From positions 259,740 to 323,739 of the forward strand of contig OY970181.1 in assembly GCA_963708045.1 (NCBI GenBank): DNA of 64,000 nt. Reading direction: 5' to 3'. A program made the position numbers and the translations under genes. The number at the start of each line of letters is the position of its first letter. Positions within the stretch are counted from its first letter, which is position 1. Below, piece after piece: positions 44,956-53,339 of the stretch. Source of the stretch: an uncultured bacterium. Its GTDB lineage: Bacteria; Patescibacteriota; Patescibacteriia; CAIQCM01. The notes below the pieces were generated by a model. That model searched no databases. It was not told the DNA's origin and saw nothing but the letters and a program-made list of their open reading frames with translations.

Positions 44956-46362
44956 CTATTTCATCGTTTCATAAACCGCATTAAGGGCGTTGCTCACAGA
45001 CTCGTGAATTTTGCCGCCGTTTAACACGTTGTTAATAAGGTCGGCAAAAGCTTTTTCATAACCAGCTTCATTTTTTCCGCGATACCATGATTTTGCCGTA
45101 AGCATTTGGTCGGCAAAAACCGAGAGATCCAAGTCATCAAGCTGTTTATTGATGCCGCTTCGGAGCGCGGTTGGTTTGCGCGTTGCGTTAAGGTATTTTG
45201 TGTTTTGATCGGGCGAGGCGGCAAACTTGAGAAAGTCCCATGCCCAAGCTTGGTTGATTGATTTTTTGGACACGCCCTGCACCCAGTAGTTGGCATAGTT
45301 AGTCGGCGAAACGGAATTTAGCTGGGGCAGTTTAGCAATGCCAAAATTAAGTTTTGGTGCGCGCGCGCGGATGTCTGAAAGGTTGAAAGCATATCCGAGG
45401 AACATTGCGCTTTGTCCCGACACAAAAGCGGCAAGATTGTCGGGTTTTTTATCGTTCCAAGTGTATACTTCGGTGGAAGGATTAGCAAAATCGGTGTAAA
45501 AGATTACAGCATCATCGGATGGCGGGTTGGCGCGTCCGGCTGCGGCGGCTGGGGTTTTGTCAAAAGTAAGACCGCCGTATTCGTCGGTCATTTGTGTTCC
45601 GTTTTGCATCATTAAAACCGAAAGGATATCGGCATAGCGCAAGACGTTTGAAGACGTTCCAAGACCAACGCCAGATTGGATAACATTTCCTTGGGTATCA
45701 AGTTTTGTAAGTTTGGCCACGTCCTTTTGAAAGGCTGTCCAGTCGGTCGGCGGCTCGGCAATGCCCGCGGCATTAAAAAGATCTTTGTTGTAATAAAGCG
45801 CTAGGTTGTCGGCGGAAAGCGGCATGGCCAAAATTTTATCGGTTTTGGGATCGTATTCCGATTCGCCTGGCACTTTTACGATACAGTCGGCGGCGGCCAC
45901 ATCAACAAAAGTATTTTTAAATTGGTTGATGCTCATTCCCGGCGTTGTTTTCATAACCGTGACCGTGGTTTTTGAAAGCGTGCCGGTTTCGGTTGAGTAG
46001 GGGAGGTTAAAAGAATCAGGAATCGGCGCCAGTTTTGGGCTGTACGCGTTTACCCAAGTGTTGTGGATTGAAAAAATATCCGGCCCGCGGTCTTCGGCAA
46101 GAGCGTTAAGAAGCGCCTTTTCGTATTCGCTTGAGCGATACATTTTAAAAGCGATACTGACGTTCGGGTGAATCGCGTTATAAGCCGAAATAATTGAGTG
46201 CGTGGTTTCTTCGTCGTCAAAAACTCCCCACCAATTTATGGTGACTGGCTTGCTGGCCTTGATTACCTCGGGCGACGGGGCTTTGGTACAGCCGGCGCCC
46301 ATAAGCATCGTAAAGGCGACGATGGAGATGACCAATGAACGAAAGGACTTTTTTATTTTCAT
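44956..46362 (-). CDS. extracellular solute-binding lipoprotein (ABC transporter SBP family 1, sugar-type); orphan, with no permease or ATPase adjacent
   Basis: Lipobox LMGAGC. 468 aa with an SBP_bac_1-like layout. Confidence 0.65.
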   Translation of the reverse strand: MKIKKSFRSLVISIVAFTMLMGAGCTKAPSPEVIKASKPVTINWWGVFDDEETTHSIISAYNAIHPNVSIAFKMYRSSEYEKALLNALAEDRGPDIFSIHNTWVNAYSPKLAPIPDSFNLPYSTETGTLSKTTVTVMKTTPGMSINQFKNTFVDVAAADCIVKVPGESEYDPKTDKILAMPLSADNLALYYNKDLFNAAGIAEPPTDWTAFQKDVAKLTKLDTQGNVIQSGVGLGTSSNVLRYADILSVLMMQNGTQMTDEYGGLTFDKTPAAAAGRANPPSDDAVIFYTDFANPSTEVYTWNDKKPDNLAAFVSGQSAMFLGYAFNLSDIRARAPKLNFGIAKLPQLNSVSPTNYANYWVQGVSKKSINQAWAWDFLKFAASPDQNTKYLNATRKPTALRSGINKQLDDLDLSVFADQMLTAKSWYRGKNEAGYEKAFADLINNVLNGGKIHESVSNALNAVYETMK

Positions 46363-46369
46363 ATATATA

Positions 46370-47236
46370 CTATTTGATATTGCGAAGATAAGCGCGGAAG
46401 TCGGCGCCGATTTCGGGATGGTTTAGGCCGTACGAAATTTGTGCCTTGAGAAAACCAAGTTTAGCGCCGCAGTCGTGCCAAATGCCGTCAAATTCGCAGG
46501 CATAAATCGGTCGGCGCTTGAGGAACTCGGCGTAAGCGCCGGCTAAACGAATTTCGCCGCTCTTGTCCGGTTTAAGTCGCGCTAGAATGTCAAAAATTTC
46601 TGGCGTAATAATTTCGCGTCCAACGTGCGCTAGGGTGGACGGGGCTTTGCCGATATCTGGTTTTTCTACAAAGGCGCTGACTTCATAAACGCGCTCGCCA
46701 ACTTTTTTTCCGTCAATGACGCCGTAGCGCGAAACAATATTTTTTGGCACACGGCTCACGCCGGCAACGGGATCTTGATAACGATCGTAAACTTCCATAA
46801 GTTGTGCAATCGCTGGTTTTTTTGATTCAACAATGTCGTCGCCGTAGAAGACGGCGCAAGGTTCGTCGCCGACAATTTCGCGCGCCGAAAGAATGGCATC
46901 GCCGTCGCCCCGCGGCGAGCGTTGGCGCACATAAACGAATTTCGCCATATCGGTGATATCCAAAATTTCGCTAAGTTCTTTTTTCTTGCCCTTTTTGCGC
47001 AAGCGGTATTCCAATTCAAAGTTGCGGTCAAAATGGTCTTCTATTGCTCGTTTGCCAAGCGAGGTTACGAAAATAATTTCTTCAATTCCGGCCGCGACCG
47101 CTTCTTCCACAATATATTGAATAATCGGTTTATCCACCAAGGTCAGCATTTCCTTTGGTTGCGCCTTGGTTGCTGGGAGGAAGCGCGTGCCCATTCCGGC
47201 CACGGGAATAACCGCTTTGCGTATTTTCATAGTCAT
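46370..47236 (-). CDS. galU: UTP--glucose-1-phosphate uridylyltransferase
   Basis: N-terminal KAVIPVAGMGTRFLPATKAQPKEMLTLVDKPIIQYIVEEA is canonical for GalU. Confidence 0.85.
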   Translation of the reverse strand: MTMKIRKAVIPVAGMGTRFLPATKAQPKEMLTLVDKPIIQYIVEEAVAAGIEEIIFVTSLGKRAIEDHFDRNFELEYRLRKKGKKKELSEILDITDMAKFVYVRQRSPRGDGDAILSAREIVGDEPCAVFYGDDIVESKKPAIAQLMEVYDRYQDPVAGVSRVPKNIVSRYGVIDGKKVGERVYEVSAFVEKPDIGKAPSTLAHVGREIITPEIFDILARLKPDKSGEIRLAGAYAEFLKRRPIYACEFDGIWHDCGAKLGFLKAQISYGLNHPEIGADFRAYLRNIK

Positions 47237-47319
47237 AGTTATTTATTATATCACGCTTATAAAAACAAAACTTCACCCTGCTAGTGAGTAAAGTTTTGTT
47301 TAACTTAGAACAAGTTTGT

Positions 47320-48654
47320 TTATTTTTCAATCGTTCCCGTCTCTAATGCTTCAAAAGCCGAACCGGGGATATTTTTTAGCGTGTTAAGGTCTTCGTCGTT
47401 CCAGCCTGGGCTATAGGCGCCCTGAAAATACCACGACGAGCCGTTGTCGGCCAAAATCATTCCGTATTTTTTCATCGCGGTCGCGATAATTTTTGCTTGC
47501 GTCGGAAGCTTAGAAATATCGTAGCTGGCTTTTAGCCTGACGCGTAGTCCCATCGGCGGCAGAGTAGTGCTGGTACTGGAACTTGCCAAATGCCGCGCCG
47601 GAAAAATATATCCGGCTTGCGTTTTTGGCGCGGTAAAACGGATGGCGTGATTAATGACGCCGGCCATCACTTCGTCGTAACGCACCAGACCCGGGAGAAT
47701 CGGGAGGCCGGCGGCGTCGGCCGAAGTCCAACCAGCCGGCCTGACGGCGTTTGATTTTAAATCCCAAATCGCGCCCGAGCCAGCGTGCCAACCGGCGCCA
47801 GCCGACGAATTAAGTGAGGCGTCGTAAAGTTCGTAAAGTTTGCATTCGTCTTTTTGCAGGATCAAAAGATGTTGGTCAGAGCCATCTTCAATATTTGGAT
47901 TAGCTGGAATCGGATACGGACCAACGTCGCTTTCGTCGGCATAATCAAAGGTGACGGAAACTTTTGACGTGGAATTGTCGGCGATATTATAAGGAATGCC
48001 GTATTCACGAGTTTCGCCAAAGTCGGGGTGCAAGCCTTTGCTTGAACCAATAGACGCGATATACGCGCTTGAATTTTTATTAACTGTTAAATTAGTAACG
48101 TCTTCGTTCCAAGGATTATCTGCGGGGAAAATAGAACAGCCAGCAATGGTTGGGTTGGAACCATTTGCGGCCGGTATCGGATTGTCCATTGTATATTGCT
48201 CATCGTTCATCGTAATTGAATTAAGATCATCGTTCGTTATGCCAAGTCCGCAGGCGCGCATAATCTGGTATGCCGCGTCGCCGTCCTTAATATATGAAAG
48301 CGTTTTTGTGCGCGGACAAAGATAATACGCTTCGCCGTGCGCTTCAACACGCAAAACGATTTTTCCCATTAGCCGTGTTCGGAGGGCAGTGTTGCCTGCG
48401 GCAAACTTTGCGTAATCGCTTTCGGAAATTCCTAACCCAAGCGCGCGCATAATTTGGTAAGCGGCACTGCCGTCTTTTAAATACCAACGCTTTTCATCGG
48501 TCGGGTTAACGTACCAAGCTTCGCCATTGGCTTGCACTTGGAGAAGAACATAACCTTTAAGCCGCGCCGAAAGTGAACCCGCCGCACCCACAAACGCTGG
48601 AAACGTTAACGCGATTATAAAAATTATTATTGCGAATTTTTTTATTGAGTTCAT
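47320..48654 (-). CDS. secreted hypothetical protein with two N-terminal ~55-aa repeats
   Basis: Signal peptide. The repeats share the motif DGSAAYQIMRALGLGI / DGDAAYQIMRACGLGI. Large C-terminal domain of unknown function. Confidence 0.45.
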   Translation of the reverse strand: MNSIKKFAIIIFIIALTFPAFVGAAGSLSARLKGYVLLQVQANGEAWYVNPTDEKRWYLKDGSAAYQIMRALGLGISESDYAKFAAGNTALRTRLMGKIVLRVEAHGEAYYLCPRTKTLSYIKDGDAAYQIMRACGLGITNDDLNSITMNDEQYTMDNPIPAANGSNPTIAGCSIFPADNPWNEDVTNLTVNKNSSAYIASIGSSKGLHPDFGETREYGIPYNIADNSTSKVSVTFDYADESDVGPYPIPANPNIEDGSDQHLLILQKDECKLYELYDASLNSSAGAGWHAGSGAIWDLKSNAVRPAGWTSADAAGLPILPGLVRYDEVMAGVINHAIRFTAPKTQAGYIFPARHLASSSTSTTLPPMGLRVRLKASYDISKLPTQAKIIATAMKKYGMILADNGSSWYFQGAYSPGWNDEDLNTLKNIPGSAFEALETGTIEK

Positions 48655-48772
48655 ATTTTTTAAGCATACCCGCCGGCTTGGCTTGTGGCAAATGGCATAT
48701 AGCTAATAGTTATTCGTATACGCCACCGTCTTCTAAAATCTAATCTCCAATCTCTAATTTCTATAATTAAAC

Positions 48773-48806
48773 ACCCCTCCTCCGGCTGGCGGAAGAGGGG
48801 GTGCGG
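48773..48806. terminator. hairpin cccctcctccggc-tgg-cggaagagggg (terminator of paralog A; duplicated at 49768)
   Basis: Near-identical copy downstream of each of the two paralogous genes. Confidence 0.6.
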
Positions 48807-48815
48807 ATTTACTCC

Positions 48816-49688
48816 TTAGAGCGGATTGTTTCTGATTAGCTGTTCAAGCGCGGCAAGGCCGGCGAAGAGCGCAAGCGCGTGCGCGGAGCTGTCCATATTG
48901 TGGTCGCAAAAATCGTAGCCGTACATTTTCCTGAAAGATGATTGCGTTGGGAAAAGTCCGCAACCAGATCCTGGTCCCGTGATATTGAGCCAACCGCCTT
49001 CCCCTTCAATGCGGACATTGGTGTTCATTTGGTCAAAACCATCAACCCCCATCATTCTATCCCAAGCGATGAGGATGGCCGCACGTGGTTCCGCGAGATT
49101 CTTTGCCCTGCGGTGACATAGCCAATGGGAGACCGCGCCGCTGTATGTTCCAGCCAGTGCGATGATGCTTGGACGAGAGCTTGTCGTAAAACTCAGGAGT
49201 TGGGGTACTGTTGCAGAGGTGTCGTGCTCGGGCGGCATAGAGCAGATGATTTGCGAAAGTACGGACAGGCTGGCGTGGATAGCTTCAGCTTCTTTCCAAT
49301 CAATTACGGTTTTAAAGCCGCGCTCGCAGTAGAGGCAGGTGTTTCCCAGCTCTTGATCTTCCCCCGTGCCATTGCATTTGTCGCATTTGGTATCGGTGAC
49401 CTTTTTGACGCGCGGGATTTCAAAGCTGAGGTAGGTAAATCCGCGCTCGGCGTCTATCACCTGCTTTAGACCGGTTCCAAAACCCCAGTTTTGTTCCGGC
49501 GCGCAGGAAAAGAATCCGTGCGCTTCAGTGAAATCTGCAAACCCAAGGTGGCCTAGAGAAACCTCGTAGAGTGTTGGCACGATATCGCGATGTATTGCGA
49601 TGGTAATCGCGAGTCGCATTTGATCCCAAAAGAGTTGCGTCCAGCAGGGAATGGATTGATGGCTGAGTACCTTTGGCATTGGTTCCAT
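48816..49688 (-). CDS. hypothetical protein, paralog A, with DnaJ-type CxxCxGxG...CxxC zinc-finger-like motif
   Basis: 290 aa. KCDKCNGTGEDQELGNTCLYCERG. Shares IPCW...GWGF...FEIP.VKK.T...CxxCNGTG...PPE.DT....PQLLSF with paralog B. Confidence 0.5.
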   Translation of the reverse strand: MEPMPKVLSHQSIPCWTQLFWDQMRLAITIAIHRDIVPTLYEVSLGHLGFADFTEAHGFFSCAPEQNWGFGTGLKQVIDAERGFTYLSFEIPRVKKVTDTKCDKCNGTGEDQELGNTCLYCERGFKTVIDWKEAEAIHASLSVLSQIICSMPPEHDTSATVPQLLSFTTSSRPSIIALAGTYSGAVSHWLCHRRAKNLAEPRAAILIAWDRMMGVDGFDQMNTNVRIEGEGGWLNITGPGSGCGLFPTQSSFRKMYGYDFCDHNMDSSAHALALFAGLAALEQLIRNNPL

Positions 49689-49767
49689 CTTGTTCGTACC
49701 TTTCTTTTAATGAGCTAGTCGGTTTTGTCCTCGGCCAGATCTTATAACTGATTTATATATAGTGCAA

Positions 49768-49802
49768 ACCCCTCCTCCGGCGGGCGGAAGAGGGGTGCGA
49801 GA
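49768..49802. terminator. hairpin cccctcctccggc-ggg-cggaagagggg (terminator of paralog B)
   Basis: Second copy of the 48773 element. Confidence 0.6.
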
Positions 49803-49811
49803 TGGGAGTTG

Positions 49812-50684
49812 CTAGTACCCAAGCGCTTGGCGCGCTTCGGTTTCAATTGCGGCGAGCGCGGCAAGCAAAGTAAGAAGCTGAAACGGGCCGTCTATGTTGT
49901 GGTCGGAGAAGCTGTAACCTCCGGTTTCTGGAACATGGCCGCTATCGGGGTTAAGACTGCAAGCGTCGCCTGGGCAATGAATGTTTACCCAGCCGCTTGC
50001 ATACGCTATTTGCGCGTCAAAACGGTGGTAGCCTTTTTCTTTTTGGCCGTGCATTTGTGTCCAAACGGCGGTCATTGCGCTCGTTGGCGTCTCAAGATTC
50101 TGGACACCCAAACGACGGAACCAGTCCACGAGAAGAAAGCTAAATTCGCCAGAGAGTCCGTAACGACCGGACGAAGCGCAAACGTCAAACGACAAGAGTT
50201 GCGGTGCTTGGGAAGGTGTGTCGTTCTCTGGCGGAAAGCGCCCGAGCGCCATACAGAGTAGAGCAATGCTTGCCGAAAGCGGCCAGATCGTAGCTCGGTC
50301 GTAGTAATAACATTTTCCGTTGGTGCAATGTGGGCACTTGTCATCGCGCTCATCATCGTGACCGGTTCCATTGCAGAAGGTGCAATCGTTCTCGGTGGTT
50401 TTTTTGACCAGCGGAATTTCAAACACAAACGGAACAAAACCGTCAGGCGTTACCTGGGCTTGTTTCAGGCTCGCGTTAAAACCCCAACCGCCTTCGCTCG
50501 CCGCGGAAAAGGTTGTTCCTTTGGGCAGGGAGTGGAGATAGATTGGAATGATCGGCGCGACTGCTGGAATTTTGTAGAGCTCGTGAACAATGCTTTGATG
50601 CACAAGAATTCCAATCGTCGGCGGATTGTCTTGCCAAACTAACTTCATCCAACAAGGGATGACTTTGTCGGTTAATCTGCTCAT
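49812..50684 (-). CDS. hypothetical protein, paralog B, with CxxCxGxG...CxxC motif
   Basis: 290 aa. DCTFCNGTGHDDERDDKCPHCTNGKC. The upstream leader (ggccgaatcttatagctg) also resembles that of paralog A (ggccagatcttataactg). Confidence 0.5.
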   Translation of the reverse strand: MSRLTDKVIPCWMKLVWQDNPPTIGILVHQSIVHELYKIPAVAPIIPIYLHSLPKGTTFSAASEGGWGFNASLKQAQVTPDGFVPFVFEIPLVKKTTENDCTFCNGTGHDDERDDKCPHCTNGKCYYYDRATIWPLSASIALLCMALGRFPPENDTPSQAPQLLSFDVCASSGRYGLSGEFSFLLVDWFRRLGVQNLETPTSAMTAVWTQMHGQKEKGYHRFDAQIAYASGWVNIHCPGDACSLNPDSGHVPETGGYSFSDHNIDGPFQLLTLLAALAAIETEARQALGY

Positions 50685-50781
50685 TGGTTCACCCTTTCTT
50701 TGGATGCTGTGAGTGTCTAGTAGAATGTAAAAGGTTCTGGCCGAATCTTATAGCTGCTTATCAAAAAACGCAAATATTTAT

Positions 50782-51321
50782 TTGTCGTCGTCCCGGAATG
50801 ACGCCGTTAAATTAAAAATCATTAATTTATTAATTGAGTTGGTGGTTGGCTTGACTTTTGGTGCGGGCGTTGGTAATTTTCTGACAGTCGCAGTTAACAA
50901 TCAATTCAAGAAAGAGAGGCTTCTGATGGCTGATGAAAGCGGAACAAGAATTGGTCGTTTGGACGATTTGGTCGGTGTTGATTTGTCGGGCTTCAAAGTT
51001 GTCAGAATGTTTGAGGCCTGCTCCGTCAATGAAGACGGGACAAGAGTCCGTTCGCTTGGTTTTTTTGTGAACAAGGACGTCGCGACCGTTTTCGCCGCCA
51101 ACACCAAAACCGGAGAAAGTGGTACGAGAGTTTCGCTGGCGCTGGTTTTGACCGATGGTCAAGTCAGTTTTGTCCTTTCAAACCAAGAGCCGGCTCAGAT
51201 CCCTGATGAAGCACAAGAACGACTCCGGCTTCGCGAAGTTGTTCTGGACAAGCTTACGTCATCTGAACGCGCGCTTCTTGGTCTCGTTCCTCCTGTGAGG
51301 ACGGCGGAGCTAAAGGAATAG
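50782..51321 (+). CDS. hypothetical protein
   Basis: ORF with coding-like composition. The true start may be the internal MADESGTR. No motif. Confidence 0.35.
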   Translation: MSSSRNDAVKLKIINLLIELVVGLTFGAGVGNFLTVAVNNQFKKERLLMADESGTRIGRLDDLVGVDLSGFKVVRMFEACSVNEDGTRVRSLGFFVNKDVATVFAANTKTGESGTRVSLALVLTDGQVSFVLSNQEPAQIPDEAQERLRLREVVLDKLTSSERALLGLVPPVRTAELKE

Positions 51322-51447
51322 TAAAAGCCAAAACCGTTTTGCGTGAACCCCTGTCCGATCGATATCGCGGCAGGGGTTTTCAATAATATTGAAATAAAAC
51401 ATATCCTCTGATAATATTCTTCCTTATCAGACATTCAAATCCAAAGC

Positions 51448-51534
51448 GGTGAGGTGGCTGAGTGGCCGAAGGCGCCTGACTCGAAATCAGGTGTACCTGT
51501 AAGGGTACCGTGAGTTCAAATCTCACCCTCACCG
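51448..51534 (+). tRNA. tRNA-Ser (anticodon CGA), class II with long variable arm
   Basis: Acceptor ggtgagg/cctcacc with discriminator G. Anticodon stem cctga/tcagg, loop ctCGAaa. Variable arm gtacc..ggtac. T-arm gtgag-ttcaaat-ctcac. Confidence 0.85.
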
Positions 51535-51547
51535 CTTTGGATTTAAA

Positions 51548-51592
51548 AAATAAAAACACCCTCACTAAATATTAAAGTGAAGGTGTTTTTTG
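51548..51592. terminator. bidirectional intrinsic terminator
   Basis: aaaaacaccctcac-taaatattaaa-gtgaaggtgtttttt. Confidence 0.7.
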
Positions 51593-51610
51593 TGGTTGAT
51601 TATTTTTTTA

Positions 51611-52177
51611 TTACCGCATTAACTGTTTTATTTGATTGCGTAGGGTGCGCAGGTTTTTGTCCACCTCCGCGGTTTCAATTTTTTTCATCGTCCACTCGGT
51701 ATACATTGTTATGGTCTGAAAAGGAATAGCGCCAACGACCGGCGCGAGTTTTAAAAAGCCCGAAGAAAAGGTGCGCAAGTTTCTAAGCCACTCTTCTTTT
51801 TTGGTCGTGTCTTTGTTTATGATTCGCAAAGCTATAAAACGCACGGCGGTGAAAATAAGTGTTTGAAGGGCGGAAACAATCAAAATTGGCGCCGCTAAAA
51901 TTCCGATGATTTGAAAAACGATATTAAAAGCATCAACGAGCATTGCGCCAAAAAGAAGAAGAATGTACGGCCTTTTCCAGCCCGTAGATTTTTTAACAAG
52001 CGCTGCTTCTTTTTTTCTAAGCGGCGCCAGACGCGCTTCAATATCCATCAGATTCGCGGCATTAACCGCTTGCGCCATATTAATTTGCGCGACCTGATCT
52101 TGGTAAGCAGCGTTTTGCCGGTTACGCAGATCGGCGGCCATTGCCGCTTGATTGTTATTTGTTTGCGTCTCGGGCAT
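51611..52177 (-). CDS. membrane protein with N-terminal coiled-coil, hypothetical
   Basis: 188 aa with an N-terminal Q/A-rich helix followed by 3 TM helices. Confidence 0.4.
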   Translation of the reverse strand: MPETQTNNNQAAMAADLRNRQNAAYQDQVAQINMAQAVNAANLMDIEARLAPLRKKEAALVKKSTGWKRPYILLLFGAMLVDAFNIVFQIIGILAAPILIVSALQTLIFTAVRFIALRIINKDTTKKEEWLRNLRTFSSGFLKLAPVVGAIPFQTITMYTEWTMKKIETAEVDKNLRTLRNQIKQLMR

Positions 52178-53339
52178 ATTCTCTTTTCATTATCGCGGTT
52201 ATGGCGATTAAAATCCAGAACATCAAGCTTAGGTCATTTTTAAAATATGGAACGTCAACGAGTCCGTGTACCAGAATGGCGACCATTGCGGCGGCCATTA
52301 TTTTTAGGGTATAAGGTTTAGGGTTTAGGGTATAGCGCCCAAACATTGTTTTAAAAAACCAAATAAAGATAATAAGAAAACCGATAAGTCCAATAAGTCC
52401 AAGTTCGGACCAGATGGCGAGAAAAAGATTGTGCGGATATTGGAAAATCTCCACACCCTTCGCGGTGTGATACGGCTTCACGACCGTTGGGTAACCGGAA
52501 AGTCCGGCGCCAAAAATTGGGTGGTCGCGGAGCATTGCGACCGACTCCTGCCAGCCGATTTGGTGGACGCGGCCGGACCAGTCTTTCATCAAAATTTGTT
52601 CACGCAAGCCCGAAAGTTGCGGCGCGAAAATAACTGCCGCCCCAATTATGAGGGCAACGGCGATTGACGCAAGGCGCGTTTTTTTAAACAAACAACCCGC
52701 GACAAAAAGTGCAGCCGAAACGGCAATTAGTCCGCCCGCCGATTTGGCCATAACAATCGCGACAACGCCAAAAATGACGAGCGGCCAAGCCCAAGCCGCC
52801 GAAAGAAATAGTGGAATAAGCGGCGCAAGATAAAGAGCAATGGCGTTTGGGTAAGAATAAAACGACGTTATCCGATGATCGGCTTGGTAGGTTATTGGAA
52901 TAAGGCGCGGGAAAAAATACTGAAAAATTCCATAGCCAATAATTAAAAGCGCGTTTAGGGAAAAGCCGTAAAGGGCAGCGTTAAAAATTTTTTTGGCGTT
53001 TGGTTTTATTTTAATCAGTAAAATGGCAAAAATAATCGGTTCCCAAAAATAGGCGCGGGCAATCCCTAGCGCCGCGCGTTTGTCTGGCGCAATGATGATG
53101 CTAATGATTGTGGAAGCGGCGATTAAGATTATTGCCGGCCAAAAAAGTTTATCATAACCCACCCTACCCTCCCTTACCTTAAGGGGGGGGGGAGTTGGCG
53201 CTCGTCTTGATTTTATAAACCAAAGCGCCAATCGTGAGCAGCAAAACAAGCTCCAAGCCAGTCGTGGGGAGTGGGCCGATTTTAAAGCGCCAACCGTAAG
53301 CGGGAAGGAGCGCGCAAACAATAAAAACAATTGCTTCAA
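52155..53339 (-). CDS. O-antigen ligase (WaaL/Wzy_C)-like polytopic membrane protein
   Basis: ~10 TM helices with the periplasmic-loop motif ...FQYPHNLFLAIWSELGLIGLIGF... The N-terminal ~55 codons overlap a Family-C repeat and a G10 tract. An alternative GTG start lies at ~53160 after the RBS-like gggagggtagg. Confidence 0.55.
   Translation of the reverse strand: MKQLFLLFARSFPLTVGALKSAHSPRLAWSLFCCSRLALWFIKSRRAPTPPPLKVREGRVGYDKLFWPAIILIAASTIISIIIAPDKRAALGIARAYFWEPIIFAILLIKIKPNAKKIFNAALYGFSLNALLIIGYGIFQYFFPRLIPITYQADHRITSFYSYPNAIALYLAPLIPLFLSAAWAWPLVIFGVVAIVMAKSAGGLIAVSAALFVAGCLFKKTRLASIAVALIIGAAVIFAPQLSGLREQILMKDWSGRVHQIGWQESVAMLRDHPIFGAGLSGYPTVVKPYHTAKGVEIFQYPHNLFLAIWSELGLIGLIGFLIIFIWFFKTMFGRYTLNPKPYTLKIMAAAMVAILVHGLVDVPYFKNDLSLMFWILIAITAIMKREYARDANK
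53183..53192. repeat. G10 homopolymeric tract (C10 on the coding strand) at the flippase/ligase gene junction
   Basis: aaggggggggggagtt, counted directly. Encodes the PPP of ...APTPPPLKV... in the long ligase ORF. Confidence 0.9.
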
